A DNA stretch of 64,000 bases from IMG/VR virus record IMGVR_UViG_3300014732_000001, positions 1 through 64,000 of that record, one strand, 5' to 3'. Below the pieces are notes generated by a model that saw nothing but the letters and a program-made list of their open reading frames with translations, had not been told where the DNA came from and did no database searches. A program made the translations under genes and the position numbers. This document shows positions 46,011 to 55,728 of this stretch, one piece after another; position 1 is the first letter of the stretch, and every line of letters starts with the position of its first letter. This DNA is from a virus (taxonomy: Duplodnaviria > Caudoviricetes).

Positions 46011-46238
46011 TTATCCCTCCTGCATCTGTGCAATCAAAAACTTGTTCTCCTGTTCAAGCATTCCTTTCTCTTGTGTAAGCGTTATCACCTCACGTTGGAG
46101 ATTGGATATTTGATTGTAATAGTCTTTAATCAGCTCTGCAACATCTGGACCCTCTTTCGGATGTATTGGTTTACGCACCATAATCCCATAAAGGCGTAAT
46201 AGCAGCTCTGCGGGATATGGATTAGTTTTCAAATTCAT
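46011..46238 (-). CDS. Hypothetical coiled-coil protein
   Basis: Start refined to MNLKTN. Confidence 0.6.
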   Translation of the reverse strand: MNLKTNPYPAELLLRLYGIMVRKPIHPKEGPDVAELIKDYYNQISNLQREVITLTQEKGMLEQENKFLIAQMQEG

Positions 46239-46422
46239 CTTTCCTCTCCTCCCCAATGAGAGACTCTTTTCGTAGTTCAAATATTTTATCAAGCTCTCGT
46301 GAGCATTTGTACAAGTAGTGCTCCGCCGTGTTTACATCTTTGCGGTACAAAGCAACACGAACCAAACCAAGATAGCTCTCTGTAATATGGTGGTGTGCTT
46401 CCATATACTCATCTCTTGTCAT
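46222..46422 (-). CDS. Hypothetical protein
   Basis: 66 aa. Confidence 0.6.
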   Translation of the reverse strand: MTRDEYMEAHHHITESYLGLVRVALYRKDVNTAEHYLYKCSRELDKIFELRKESLIGEERKDEFEN

Positions 46423-46595
46423 CAGACTTGCAGTCCTTTTTCATAAAATCTTCAATATTTGTTGTAGGAAACTGAGAAAACCACTTATCTAATTCCTCAC
46501 GACGTTTCTTTAGTTTCTCCTTTTCTTCTTGGCTACCAAAAACTTGAATATACTCTTCGTAGATATTTTTTGAACAGGACACTGTTTAAATCCCC

Positions 46596-46808
46596 TTAAT
46601 AGCTGTCTCGATCATAATCATTATCTCCGTGCTGAGTAGAATATGGACTTCCACCCTTGAAGCTAGCACCACTACACAGGAAATATTCTTGTTTGGATGT
46701 TGCAGTATAATTATTACCTATTACGGTATTAGCCACTTCCTTTTCAAAGCTGTTGCCATACAGCATGCACAGATTACAAAGACGTTTTATCTTTTCCGTT
46801 GACTTCAT
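46596..46808 (-). CDS. Hypothetical protein
   Basis: 70 aa. Confidence 0.55.
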   Translation of the reverse strand: MKSTEKIKRLCNLCMLYGNSFEKEVANTVIGNNYTATSKQEYFLCSGASFKGGSPYSTQHGDNDYDRDSY

Positions 46809-46811
46809 CTT

Positions 46812-47132
46812 CTACTCCTCGTAAAGATCATCTAAATTATTCAACAATGTCCGTTCGTATTCAGCGCCAATCTCTTTTTGTTGTAGAAGCTGATTAATCT
46901 TCATCCAAACTACATACTCATTCTGAGGGTCAACACGCTCTTGAAGATATAGAAGCAGCTCCCTTGGAATAGAAACTGCATCCTCTTCTTCCAAACGTAA
47001 CTCATTGAAAGTTTCAACATAATCCGCGTATGTTTTGTGCTGTCTAACCTTCTCACCACCATAATAGCGCACTTCAAGGAACTGGTCACTTCCCTTGTAC
47101 AGATTAAACTCTTCTTCAGTCCACATTCTCAT
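46812..47132 (-). CDS. Hypothetical protein
   Basis: 106 aa. Confidence 0.68.
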   Translation of the reverse strand: MRMWTEEEFNLYKGSDQFLEVRYYGGEKVRQHKTYADYVETFNELRLEEEDAVSIPRELLLYLQERVDPQNEYVVWMKINQLLQQKEIGAEYERTLLNNLDDLYEE

Positions 47133-47338
47133 TCAAACAACTCCTTCTCTGTGATATACATTCTCAATTCATCATAGCTATTTGGTTGAACGTAGCGGCA
47201 AAGCTCCCAATTCTTGTATTGACATGCCATAATGTATTTCAAAGCCCCTTTACGTGTCAAATGATAACTGCTTTCCCATGAATCATAGCCATCACAAGAC
47301 ACTGTGTTTACTATGTAGAGCTTAGCTGGGAAATTCAT
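47129..47338 (-). CDS. Hypothetical protein
   Basis: 69 aa. Confidence 0.65.
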   Translation of the reverse strand: MNFPAKLYIVNTVSCDGYDSWESSYHLTRKGALKYIMACQYKNWELCRYVQPNSYDELRMYITEKELFE

Positions 47339-47573
47339 TCAACACATCCTCCATATTCTTCTGCATTCTTTCTATTGTGCAAGCAAGCACACTCTTCGAT
47401 CAGACATTGTGTTGTCCGAACAAGGGCTTTATTTTGTCTGTGCATCAAATAACAAGCTACGCATAAGTAAATCACTAATACCCAAACAAGAGCTATCATT
47501 CTTCAATCATCTCCCTAATGTATTCTCTCATAAACAAAAATAGCCCAACATCTTTCAATGTCAGGCCATGTTA

Positions 47574-47837
47574 TCACCTCTTTTTCTTTGGTGCAAGCTT
47601 TTTGAAGGTGTAGTCAATGATGCTTTCCAACACCCAAATTCCCCACCATACAGGGAATATAATGACTACAGCAATGTGGAAATACACATACACTTCCTTT
47701 ACAGAAAGCTTTGTATTGCGATATTCCTCACGATAGAGCTGATACACTCCTTGCTCCCCAAGAAACTTCCATGTTGCTAACAGAAGCAGGGTAGAGAGGA
47801 TGAGGCCGATAACGTAGTATGTAATTAGGAATGTCAT
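47574..47837 (-). CDS. Membrane protein (2 TM)
   Basis: 87 aa, two hydrophobic helices, basic tail. Confidence 0.68.
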   Translation of the reverse strand: MTFLITYYVIGLILSTLLLLATWKFLGEQGVYQLYREEYRNTKLSVKEVYVYFHIAVVIIFPVWWGIWVLESIIDYTFKKLAPKKKR

Positions 47838-47848
47838 TTAGATTTCTC

Positions 47849-48100
47849 CTAGTAGATAATAACCAAGCCTTGCAGGGCACAAGCAACATCGTTTACGTCT
47901 TCACCCAATTGTTCAGCCATCTCATCAATGTTGTCGTAACTGCTTAGAAAGTGAAATTCATCGTCTTCAAACTCCAGGCGGAAGTCTTCATCCGCTCCTC
48001 GGATACTACGATAGAAGTTACCCTCATCGTCACCTTGAAGAACAACTTCAGCGTCTTCTTCATAATTTTTCAACAGCTCGATCAAGTCTTTAACTTTCAT
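47849..48100 (-). CDS. Hypothetical acidic protein
   Basis: MKVKDLIELL start. Confidence 0.68.
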   Translation of the reverse strand: MKVKDLIELLKNYEEDAEVVLQGDDEGNFYRSIRGADEDFRLEFEDDEFHFLSSYDNIDEMAEQLGEDVNDVACALQGLVIIY

Positions 48101-48111
48101 CCTATCTCTCC

Positions 48112-48450
48112 TCAATGAATCGTTGCTTTTGAATATGGAACATCAAAGAGCGAAGCTCTTTCCTCTTGGAACACTTCTTCTCCCTCTTGTTCTTCCTGAT
48201 AGCCTACAGACATCATCTCCTCATAATACAAATCAACACAGGAGATGAGGACATCCAATTGTGTAAAGGGATGGGTAATCTCTCCCCCTGTCAAGCGAGA
48301 ATAAGCTGTCTGGACACTCTTGAATAGAATTGCGTAGTCATGTAGTTCTCGGCGTACAGAGTCAACATCGAGAGAGCCATCAGGATTCTCCAGAATATCT
48401 TTCCAGATGCTATTCCACACACTGTCAATCTTCTCTTTTGGGGACATCAT
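48112..48450 (-). CDS. Hypothetical protein
   Basis: 112 aa. Confidence 0.68.
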   Translation of the reverse strand: MMSPKEKIDSVWNSIWKDILENPDGSLDVDSVRRELHDYAILFKSVQTAYSRLTGGEITHPFTQLDVLISCVDLYYEEMMSVGYQEEQEGEEVFQEERASLFDVPYSKATIH

Positions 48451-48743
48451 TCCACCTCCACTGTCTCAATAAATAGCGTATGTGTATATTCTAGCAGATC
48501 ATCTTCTGTAATGCCAAGCTCTTTTAGTTTATCTTCTCGCCATTTCTCGTAAAAGCCTGTGTCTGTCCACACATTCTGTAGGCGTTCATCCATAAGAGCA
48601 TCGAACATCTCTTTATCAGCAAATTCAAACTGGGCACAACGCCCCACTTTGTTATTGTGTTCACTGACAAGCTCAAGAGCATCCACCCAATTGTGAAATG
48701 CTCTCACCCCTTTCCCCTTGTTTACGACAACATAGATTTCCAT
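48447..48743 (-). CDS. Hypothetical protein
   Basis: 98 aa. Confidence 0.68.
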   Translation of the reverse strand: MEIYVVVNKGKGVRAFHNWVDALELVSEHNNKVGRCAQFEFADKEMFDALMDERLQNVWTDTGFYEKWREDKLKELGITEDDLLEYTHTLFIETVEVE

Positions 48744-48747
48744 GATC

Positions 48748-48990
48748 CTAGCTCACCAAATATACAGACAAGCTATAACGATTGATGGCTTGCTCTAGTG
48801 TGCAATGAATGTTCTTCCCATTGATAGGGGCTTGAGTGTAGAACGTCCCGTCTCGTTTTACAACAGTGAAAGCTGGGGCATCATCAGCTACGCTGTATTT
48901 GACGAAACGGATGTTATCGAGAATTACGCCTGTGTCAAGGTAGAAGGTAGGCTTCCCATTTGGAACACGTACACGAATTTTATTGCTCAT
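48748..48990 (-). CDS. Hypothetical protein
   Basis: Start refined to MSNKIRV. Confidence 0.62.
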   Translation of the reverse strand: MSNKIRVRVPNGKPTFYLDTGVILDNIRFVKYSVADDAPAFTVVKRDGTFYTQAPINGKNIHCTLEQAINRYSLSVYLVS

Positions 48991-49300
48991 CTTCTTTCTC
49001 CATTTCAATTTGTTCAATAAGCCATGCTTCAAGATAATCTGTATCAACATTGAAGCGTTCTTCACAATATTCTTTTGAGGGATTGAACACAACCTCATCC
49101 AGCTCGTCGGTATTATCATCGAAAATATCAGCTCGTGCAACATTCCATTCAATTTGTGTGTATCCGTAGAAATCATCAGGATTATCAGCAGAGAAATCAG
49201 CCTCTTGTTTATGATAATACACCACATCAAGCACAAGCCCCGCATAAAGCTCTTTTGTATTCTCTTGAAATGCTACAACATAACAAAATTCTTTAGACAT
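48980..49300 (-). CDS. Hypothetical acidic protein
   Basis: 106 aa. Confidence 0.68.
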   Translation of the reverse strand: MSKEFCYVVAFQENTKELYAGLVLDVVYYHKQEADFSADNPDDFYGYTQIEWNVARADIFDDNTDELDEVVFNPSKEYCEERFNVDTDYLEAWLIEQIEMEKEDEQ

Positions 49301-49558
49301 TTAGCACTCCTTTGGTTTTTCTTTCTGTAGATTAGCCTCATCAGACCACTCTACGTTCGCTCTTCCGGTGAAGCAGTCTACAAAGGCCACCTTGTACCGA
49401 GGATTGCAAAATGACTCAAAATAATCTCGCTCCGTTAGGAAATTCAAATATGGGTAACTGAACTCTACTCCGACAATCTTACCTTTATTATAGCGACCGT
49501 CTATTTTCTTGCTGTTAAGCAGCCAAACCATTTGATTAATTCTAAACTTCGCCTTCAT
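49301..49558 (-). CDS. Hypothetical protein
   Basis: 85 aa. Confidence 0.65.
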   Translation of the reverse strand: MKAKFRINQMVWLLNSKKIDGRYNKGKIVGVEFSYPYLNFLTERDYFESFCNPRYKVAFVDCFTGRANVEWSDEANLQKEKPKEC

Positions 49559-49873
49559 CTAATCTTCCTCATATCCACGATCTTGCATCTCAGCCCAAAT
49601 ATTAAAGCTCAGACGTTCCAGTGCATCATCTGTGCATTCCTCAATATTTTCAATAATCAGGAATACAGCATCTTGGATTTCTTTCTGTGTAATCAACTCT
49701 CTTCCTCCATTTGTCGAAGCATAAGCTCCCCTTTCATTGAATACATGATGTCTACGAGCATTTGCTCTGTAAGCTCATCACTACGGAACATAATAACATC
49801 TGCTGCTGTCTTTGTGTCACACATATTCAAAAGAAACTTGTAATTCTCTGTAATTTCTAAGCAGTCAGTCATC

Positions 49874-50071
49874 TTATTTCTCCCATATAGCAGACAAAAT
49901 TTTATCTTTCTGCTCTACACTGAGGTATTCAGCAGCGAGGATAATCCTGTTCATCCGACGATTGTTTGTAGCCCAGGCGGCATCAAGACTTTGTTTAAGC
50001 GCCGCTATCTCATCCATCAAAGCTCTACGCTCTGAATTCAAGAGAATGTTTTCTTGTTTTTGTTCTGGCAT
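49874..50071 (-). CDS. Hypothetical protein
   Basis: Start refined to MPEQKQ. Confidence 0.58.
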   Translation of the reverse strand: MPEQKQENILLNSERRALMDEIAALKQSLDAAWATNNRRMNRIILAAEYLSVEQKDKILSAIWEK

Positions 50072-50082
50072 TTTATATTCTC

Positions 50083-50328
50083 CTATTGTTCGTTGTGAAT
50101 CCCAAGACAAGCATTTCCTTCAAACAATGCTTCAAATTCTGCCTCCATCATAGCAAGCTCTTCAGCCTGTTGCAACAGCTTTTTAGTGAGCTGTATGCTG
50201 ATGAGCAGGTCTTTCTGCCGTACATGCCTTACACACCCTTCAGATTCTTTAGCTGAAGATTCTACGAGAGTGTTAAGAACGTAGCTCAGAGCTTCCACTT
50301 GAGAAGCTGCATTGTAGTGTGTGTTCAT
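50083..50328 (-). CDS. Hypothetical protein
   Basis: Start refined to MNTHYN. Confidence 0.6.
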   Translation of the reverse strand: MNTHYNAASQVEALSYVLNTLVESSAKESEGCVRHVRQKDLLISIQLTKKLLQQAEELAMMEAEFEALFEGNACLGIHNEQ

Positions 50329-50332
50329 CTCT

Positions 50333-50533
50333 TTATCCTCGATTTTGTGTATGATAGACAATTTGCCAGACAGCCTTACCATCCTCATCTGCACCAGATT
50401 GTGCAGTGAAAGCAGCAGGACGTGCATATTTTGCAAAGTCAAGCAGTGCGTCTAGGTTGGTGAACAGTCGTGCAATTTGAGAAGGAGTTTGCACTTGCCC
50501 TTCTATAATATTTTCTTCAATTTGTTCTGTCAT
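50333..50533 (-). CDS. Hypothetical protein
   Basis: 66 aa. Confidence 0.62.
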   Translation of the reverse strand: MTEQIEENIIEGQVQTPSQIARLFTNLDALLDFAKYARPAAFTAQSGADEDGKAVWQIVYHTQNRG

Positions 50534-50534
50534 A

Positions 50535-50753
50535 TTACTCTCCTTTTAGCTCTGTAATGGCTACTCGGCGCGTGTCAATTAGCTGCTTAAGTTCTTTATC
50601 GTGAGCCTGCCACTCAATAGCTATCTCATCTTTCTCGACAGCAATACCAAAAGAACCTTTCCCTCGCTGACGTTCACAATTTTTCATCCACCGCAACAAC
50701 TCGTGCTCTCGTTCCACATTCATCAACACTTCCAATAACTCTTGTGTTTTCAT
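50535..50753 (-). CDS. Hypothetical protein
   Basis: 72 aa. Confidence 0.62.
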   Translation of the reverse strand: MKTQELLEVLMNVEREHELLRWMKNCERQRGKGSFGIAVEKDEIAIEWQAHDKELKQLIDTRRVAITELKGE

Positions 50754-51103
50754 TTTAGTTGATTCTCTCCATTCAGGTTGTTCCAGATTTCTAAATCTCT
50801 TGCAAGACCTTCAGCACTCACCTTCACCCTCAGCGGATAATCATCTTCCTTGATATGGAAGGCTGTTCCCGCCTTTAATGCGTCTTTGTCGATTAGATTA
50901 TGATTTGGGTGCTCAAGCTTGTCAATATTTTCAAGCAACCACATCGACAAACGGTCATATGTGTTGTCAGATAGGATTGAGATGTCTCTGTGGTAATATA
51001 GGTAGCTGGCCGCAAGGTAAAAGCTTATCGCTGAGGCAGGATTAATCTTGAAAGCTTTCCTCGCGGCCTCATCATAATTCCCACCAACAATTTCAAGCTT
51101 CAC
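50750..51103 (-). CDS. Stand-alone domain resembling the N-terminus of NAD-dependent DNA ligase
   Basis: 'ASYLYYHRDISILSDNTYDRL' like LigA domain Ia 'YY..D.P.ISD..YD.L'. Confidence 0.6.
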   Translation of the reverse strand: MKLEIVGGNYDEAARKAFKINPASAISFYLAASYLYYHRDISILSDNTYDRLSMWLLENIDKLEHPNHNLIDKDALKAGTAFHIKEDDYPLRVKVSAEGLARDLEIWNNLNGENQLK

Positions 51104-51244
51104 TTCTTCACATCCATTTGAACAGGAATCTGTTTTGTGCTAGATGCTGTATTCTCTTCATACAGCCTTGTCAGCCAAATGTCCAAGAAGAACAGAAGTC
51201 CTCCGAGGACGATGGAGAGGCAGATGAAGTCAATTGTTGATAGA

Positions 51245-51430
51245 TTATTTTTCATTGTCGTCATTCCACACAACATCGTAGCTACCGATCACTTCGTGAA
51301 GAGGTCTAATGTTGGTGTAAAAATCAAATTGCACCAAGAAGAACAACCCCTCACTGTTCATAACAATCATACCGCCTTTGGCGGGTTTGTATTTGCCTGC
51401 ACTCGTGTAGATTTTGAATTTCTTTCTCAT
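51245..51430 (-). CDS. Hypothetical protein
   Basis: MRKKFKIY start, GGAGG RBS. Confidence 0.62.
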   Translation of the reverse strand: MRKKFKIYTSAGKYKPAKGGMIVMNSEGLFFLVQFDFYTNIRPLHEVIGSYDVVWNDDNEK

Positions 51431-51475
51431 ATTTTCATCCTCCATAAACAAGAAAAGGTGTTCTTCAGAATGAAG

Positions 51476-51533
51476 AAAAGCCACTAACCGACCTCTATGT
51501 AAAGAGAATAAGCTAGTGGCTTCTGTGTGTCAA
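51476..51533 (-). promoter_or_regulatory. Overlapping hairpin/terminator and promoter
   Basis: AAGCCACTA/TAGTGGCTT stem; TTGACA (51533)-N17-TATTCT. Confidence 0.62.
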
Positions 51534-51943
51534 TCATTGTCTTCATTGAATTTGCTAATCTCAACACCGTATTTGATGAGATATTCCAATCCTTGCTTGC
51601 AGCGATATTCCTCTTTGTACACAACACGCTTCACTTTAGCTCGGACAAGCAGCTTTGAACAGTCGATACAGGGTTGCATTGAGACGTAGACTGTTGCTCC
51701 TTTTGCACTAACCCCTTGCTCAAGGAGTTTGCCCAAAGCGTTTAGCTCAGAGTGAGTTACTAGGGGGTTACTTACCTCCCCATCTGTCCATATCTCTTCT
51801 TGTCCTGCTGGAAACCCATTAATTCCTGTGGCCAACAGACCAGATTCAAGGAGGATGCAACACCCCACTTGCTTTCGAGGGCATTTGCTCTCCTTGGCAA
51901 CGCGGAGGGCTATATCCATATACATTTTATCCCATTTGCTCAA
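51530..51943 (-). CDS. dCMP deaminase
   Basis: 'SKCPRKQVG', 'HSELNAL', 'PCIDC'. Confidence 0.9.
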   Translation of the reverse strand: MSKWDKMYMDIALRVAKESKCPRKQVGCCILLESGLLATGINGFPAGQEEIWTDGEVSNPLVTHSELNALGKLLEQGVSAKGATVYVSMQPCIDCSKLLVRAKVKRVVYKEEYRCKQGLEYLIKYGVEISKFNEDND

Positions 51944-52266
51944 AACTTATCTCCATGATAGGGGCATTTCTTATTAATCACCAAATAACCTGTACCAGCC
52001 CGATCTTTGTTGTCTAAGTATGGACAAAGGCATTCGGGAAGACGAAACTGCGTAAGATGCCAATTCTTATCCATTGGAAAGTTCCAGAGCCACTGGAGAG
52101 AATATTCGACTCCTTGAAGCACTTCCAATACTTTCTCTTTGTCATCGAAGAACATATCTGGACGTGAGACAATCTGTTCACGCATCTTATGAAGCACGTC
52201 AATTGCAATACAATCTTCTTCAGACAGCCCTTGTTTCTTTGCCAGTTCTTTACTGTGCGCCATCAC
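51940..52266 (-). CDS. Hypothetical Zn-binding protein
   Basis: 'C.CPYLDN...CPYHG'. Confidence 0.68.
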   Translation of the reverse strand: MMAHSKELAKKQGLSEEDCIAIDVLHKMREQIVSRPDMFFDDKEKVLEVLQGVEYSLQWLWNFPMDKNWHLTQFRLPECLCPYLDNKDRAGTGYLVINKKCPYHGDKF

Positions 52267-52272
52267 CTTCTC

Positions 52273-52554
52273 CTATTCAAAATCATCCTGTTGAATAACA
52301 TCATTCTTCAATACATCCATAAGCTCATGGAATGTCATATAGCTTTCACTGTAATTCTTTTTAAGACTTGAAGAAGGCCACCAGATTCCTCCTGTGTTAA
52401 TAAGAGGCTTTCCTGTAACAGCCCCAACGAGAGAATAATAACGTGTTACTACGCCAGATGGAAGAGATTTTGTCTTACGAGAAGAAACAATGTAAAGACC
52501 ATCAATCCCATCTACACGAACAGTTTCTTGGTAGTCATAAATGTAGTTGCTCAT
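52273..52554 (-). CDS. Hypothetical protein
   Basis: 93 aa. Confidence 0.65.
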   Translation of the reverse strand: MSNYIYDYQETVRVDGIDGLYIVSSRKTKSLPSGVVTRYYSLVGAVTGKPLINTGGIWWPSSSLKKNYSESYMTFHELMDVLKNDVIQQDDFE

Positions 52555-52865
52555 TATTTAAGCCCTTTCAATCGTGGTGCGAAACCTCTGCGCGTGTTGC
52601 TTCCTCGTACACTAACCTCTCCACTCTCTGTTCTATACTTCGTCTTAGAATCCTTTACTGTTCGAATAGTGTATTTACTGTCATAGTCCTCATTGGCCTC
52701 CTTCTGTGCAATAGCTCGATCACGGGTTAGGTAGAAGACTTTCTCACCGAGAGCATTGATTATGTAGAAGTTTGATGGAGAGTTAATCACGAACTTCTGT
52801 TCGTCTTCCGACCAAATCTCGTACTCGTTTTCACTAACAACTACCCGCTGAATTTCTTTATTCAT
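52554..52865 (-). CDS. Hypothetical basic protein (possible target gene of adjacent HNH)
   Basis: 103 aa, AAGGAG RBS; N-terminus resembles the 53529-53648 fragment. Confidence 0.7.
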   Translation of the reverse strand: MNKEIQRVVVSENEYEIWSEDEQKFVINSPSNFYIINALGEKVFYLTRDRAIAQKEANEDYDSKYTIRTVKDSKTKYRTESGEVSVRGSNTRRGFAPRLKGLK

Positions 52866-52871
52866 TGATGG

Positions 52872-53528
52872 CTACTCCTTAATAAAACCGTAGTGGGTTA
52901 GTTCAGCTTCTTCTCTTATAAAACATGCCAACTCAAAATCACTTGTTCTGAAAATCCTCTTACCTTTAATGTGTACGTCAAAAACCCCCGGTTTGACTTC
53001 ATATACACCAGTCCTGCCTGATTTGTTCGTAGAGCGTATTGTCTGATTAAAGGTTTGAAGGCTCCAATCATCTGTCCATATGCAATTATCTTTACAATAA
53101 TCCCCGTTAACATCTACACGTTCAAGGGTGTGTTCATTACTCGGCTTTGGGCCCATATCTGAATAGAAGTTTTCAAAACTATCTATCCAATCTTGACACA
53201 CTTTGATACCTCTCCCTCCATAGTTATTATAGTGAGCACTCTTTGGATTGTTGCAACGTGTTTTACAAGCCATCCACGACCTATATTCTGGGGAGCCACA
53301 CATTCCATGCGTGGTTGGGATTGTTTTAGACATTTCTATTTTAAGACACCCACAACTTTTGGTACAACCATTCCTAAGGTTACCTCTATGTACTAAAACA
53401 GTGTTTCCGCAATCGCAAAGACATTCCCAGAACACTCTAACTGTTCCATTAGACTGTGGTAAACTCTTTGACTCAATGCAGGTCAACCTTCCAAATCTGA
53501 CACCAGTTAAATTAAGCTTAGCTACCAT
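52872..53528 (-). CDS. HNH homing endonuclease
   Basis: Own start MVAKLNLTG with GGGAG RBS; same family as 15687-16409; in frame with a 40-codon upstream remnant from 53648. Confidence 0.86.
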   Translation of the reverse strand: MVAKLNLTGVRFGRLTCIESKSLPQSNGTVRVFWECLCDCGNTVLVHRGNLRNGCTKSCGCLKIEMSKTIPTTHGMCGSPEYRSWMACKTRCNNPKSAHYNNYGGRGIKVCQDWIDSFENFYSDMGPKPSNEHTLERVDVNGDYCKDNCIWTDDWSLQTFNQTIRSTNKSGRTGVYEVKPGVFDVHIKGKRIFRTSDFELACFIREEAELTHYGFIKE

Positions 53529-53662
53529 TAAAATCTCCCATAGTTCTGTAGGCAGTCCATAATATAGAAGGTCGCTGGGGGGATTAAACTCGTAGTCGCT
53601 GAAATCCTCAAAGGATACTACCGTGACCTTAACTTCTTTTTTAGTCATACTTCGACTCCTTA

Positions 53663-53956
53663 TTACAGAACAGTGTTGTCTTCAACAAAGCAAGTGAAGA
53701 GATTGTCATAGCCCGTAGACCTATCTACACGAATGCAAACAGTCTTAAGGCGATTCTCTGGCTGCTTCTTACATTTAATCTTCATGTAAAGAAATGGACA
53801 GATGTAGAAAGCTTCAAGAGCCACTTCTGATTTATATTGGAACACTCCCTTTGGTGTATAGTGTGCCACACCCACTACAGCATCGTCACGTTCTTTAAGA
53901 CGACTGAATTTGTGAGGGCTTAGGTTGCAGATAAGTCCTTTCTTAATGCTTGTCAT
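53663..53956 (-). CDS. Hypothetical protein
   Basis: Start refined to MTSIKK. Confidence 0.58.
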   Translation of the reverse strand: MTSIKKGLICNLSPHKFSRLKERDDAVVGVAHYTPKGVFQYKSEVALEAFYICPFLYMKIKCKKQPENRLKTVCIRVDRSTGYDNLFTCFVEDNTVL

Positions 53957-53970
53957 TTTATATCCCCCAT

Positions 53971-54240
53971 TCACCACTTAACTAGAGTGTACATGTTTAC
54001 AAACTGACGCTCCTCATAGAAAAATTCTACATCAAACCCTAAATCCGTTAGCTTCTTACAAGCAAGCTTCCATGCTTCCGTACGGCTGTATCCTCCTCTT
54101 GTCCAGAAATCAGAATGTAGCGCTGCCGTATGTTGCTTCTTCTCTGCTTGTTCTTTGATTACCTTCAAAGCTTCTTCAACATGATCGTCTACAGATAGGC
54201 CTGCTAATTTTCGAGCATCTTCGGCTGTGAATTTATTCAT
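53971..54240 (-). CDS. Hypothetical protein
   Basis: 89 aa, GAGGAGG RBS. Confidence 0.72.
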   Translation of the reverse strand: MNKFTAEDARKLAGLSVDDHVEEALKVIKEQAEKKQHTAALHSDFWTRGGYSRTEAWKLACKKLTDLGFDVEFFYEERQFVNMYTLVKW

Positions 54241-54256
54241 TTAATCCTCCTCCTAT

Positions 54257-54904
54257 CTAGTCCCACCAACTCTGTGATTTACGGGCAAACATCTTACCAA
54301 TCAATTCTAAGTCATTCTTCTTATTGGATGCAATAATTTTATAAAAACTTTTACTTTTGTAAGCTGGCAGGGTGTTTGGTTTTTGTTCAAAACCGTATCC
54401 ACCAAACAATCCACGTTCGCTGGTCTTCTTAAGCTCAATCTTGTCATCCGTATAATTGTCTTCGTTGACACGATGCAAGAGTTCAGCAAAAACTTTAAGC
54501 TCTTTTGCAGTTTCCTCTGAACGCATAAGGTGTCCATACTCTTTGTGACAACGCGACATATCCCTTGCACAAGTTTCCATGAACTGAAACATTCCATGAT
54601 AGTCCCAAGAACGATATCCCCACAGGGCTTTTCGGAAAAGCCACAGGTTACGCAGAAACTTCCAGATGGTTGCTGTTTTAAAAGACCACCACAGATCGCT
54701 CGGAAAGAGAATGATATTCTGAAATTTATCAAATCCGGTATCCGTTAGCCAATGGATGATTGGTGCTTTCTGCTTACAAATTTCTTCGTGGTCGTCCCAC
54801 CCTTCCCAAGTAAGTGCTCGTGGATTGGTCAATCCGAAATATTCACGAATTTTTAGTGACAGCTTGCTGCTACTCCAATAGTTTGCTCTGGTACGCCGAA
54901 TCAT
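54257..54904 (-). CDS. Hypothetical protein
   Basis: 215 aa, Trp-rich, own promoter. Confidence 0.75.
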   Translation of the reverse strand: MIRRTRANYWSSSKLSLKIREYFGLTNPRALTWEGWDDHEEICKQKAPIIHWLTDTGFDKFQNIILFPSDLWWSFKTATIWKFLRNLWLFRKALWGYRSWDYHGMFQFMETCARDMSRCHKEYGHLMRSEETAKELKVFAELLHRVNEDNYTDDKIELKKTSERGLFGGYGFEQKPNTLPAYKSKSFYKIIASNKKNDLELIGKMFARKSQSWWD

Positions 54905-54930
54905 TATTTAGTCTCCTTGTTTGTGTTGAT

Positions 54931-54965
54931 GGGGCTAGAATAAATCAGGCTAGCCCCTGTGTCAA
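54931..54965 (-). promoter_or_regulatory. Overlapping terminator hairpin and promoter
   Basis: GGGGCTAG/CTAGCCCC stem; TTGACA (54965)-N17-TATTCT. Confidence 0.65.
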
Positions 54966-54972
54966 CAATATT

Positions 54973-55725
54973 TTACCCAACATCTTCCGGTTTTTGATTG
55001 GAAGGTGTGTCCTTTGGTTTACGTTCAGCAGCTTTCCGAGCCTTAGCTTCTTTCTTAGCTTTCTCTGCTTCGTGAGCAGCGAGAGCTTTTTTGGCAGCTT
55101 CGAACATCATGTTTTCAATGGATGGTGGTGGCTCGTAACCTTCCATTTCTTCGTTCTCACGCTCGGTACGCACCTTGTCAAAGTTTTCCAACCGCTCCAT
55201 CACCTCGTCTGAATCAAGATAGATGTCGGTCCCGGTCAGAATAGCTTCGATTTCTTCTGGGTGCAAGAAGTTTGCATACTCTTCCCTGATACGTTTATGA
55301 GTTTGCTTACGAAGAAACTGAGCAGCCTCATACGTCTCGCATTCTTTTCCGTAGTTTCCCCCAGAAACTGTGTGGCTAAACCACTCAGCGTACTTACTCA
55401 CACCCCAAGTGTCGCACGCCAGAAATACGAACGTTGCCATACTCCCGCAATCATGTTCAATAAACCCAACCACACACGCTTCGCTTTCTTGAATAGCGTT
55501 GATGATTTGGTTGCCGCTTCTCACTTGACCGCCGCCCGAATTAATACGAATAACGAAGTGATCTTCCTGACGAGCAGCACGGAGTGCATGACACAACTCA
55601 ATATATTCATCGGGGTTGCCTATAGAACCAACAAGATAGTATTCGTACAGAACATGGTCACCACAATCTGTTGAGATTAGTTTGTTGGGTTGCATCAACG
55701 GAAACATCTTGATTTCATCTTCCAT
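54973..55725 (-). CDS. ClpP-like serine protease
   Basis: 'IRINSGGGQV', 'CGSMAT..FLACD', 'FSH'. Confidence 0.82.
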   Translation of the reverse strand: MEDEIKMFPLMQPNKLISTDCGDHVLYEYYLVGSIGNPDEYIELCHALRAARQEDHFVIRINSGGGQVRSGNQIINAIQESEACVVGFIEHDCGSMATFVFLACDTWGVSKYAEWFSHTVSGGNYGKECETYEAAQFLRKQTHKRIREEYANFLHPEEIEAILTGTDIYLDSDEVMERLENFDKVRTERENEEMEGYEPPPSIENMMFEAAKKALAAHEAEKAKKEAKARKAAERKPKDTPSNQKPEDVG

Positions 55726-55728
55726 TCT

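Noticed and set aside
50750-51103. Functional DNA ligase
   Set aside because: Only the N-terminal Ia-like segment is present; there is no KxDG adenylation motif.
52872-53648. Group I intron explaining the odd N-terminal extension of this HNH ORF
   Set aside because: There is no room for, or trace of, P/Q/R/S core elements on either side of the HNH ORF.
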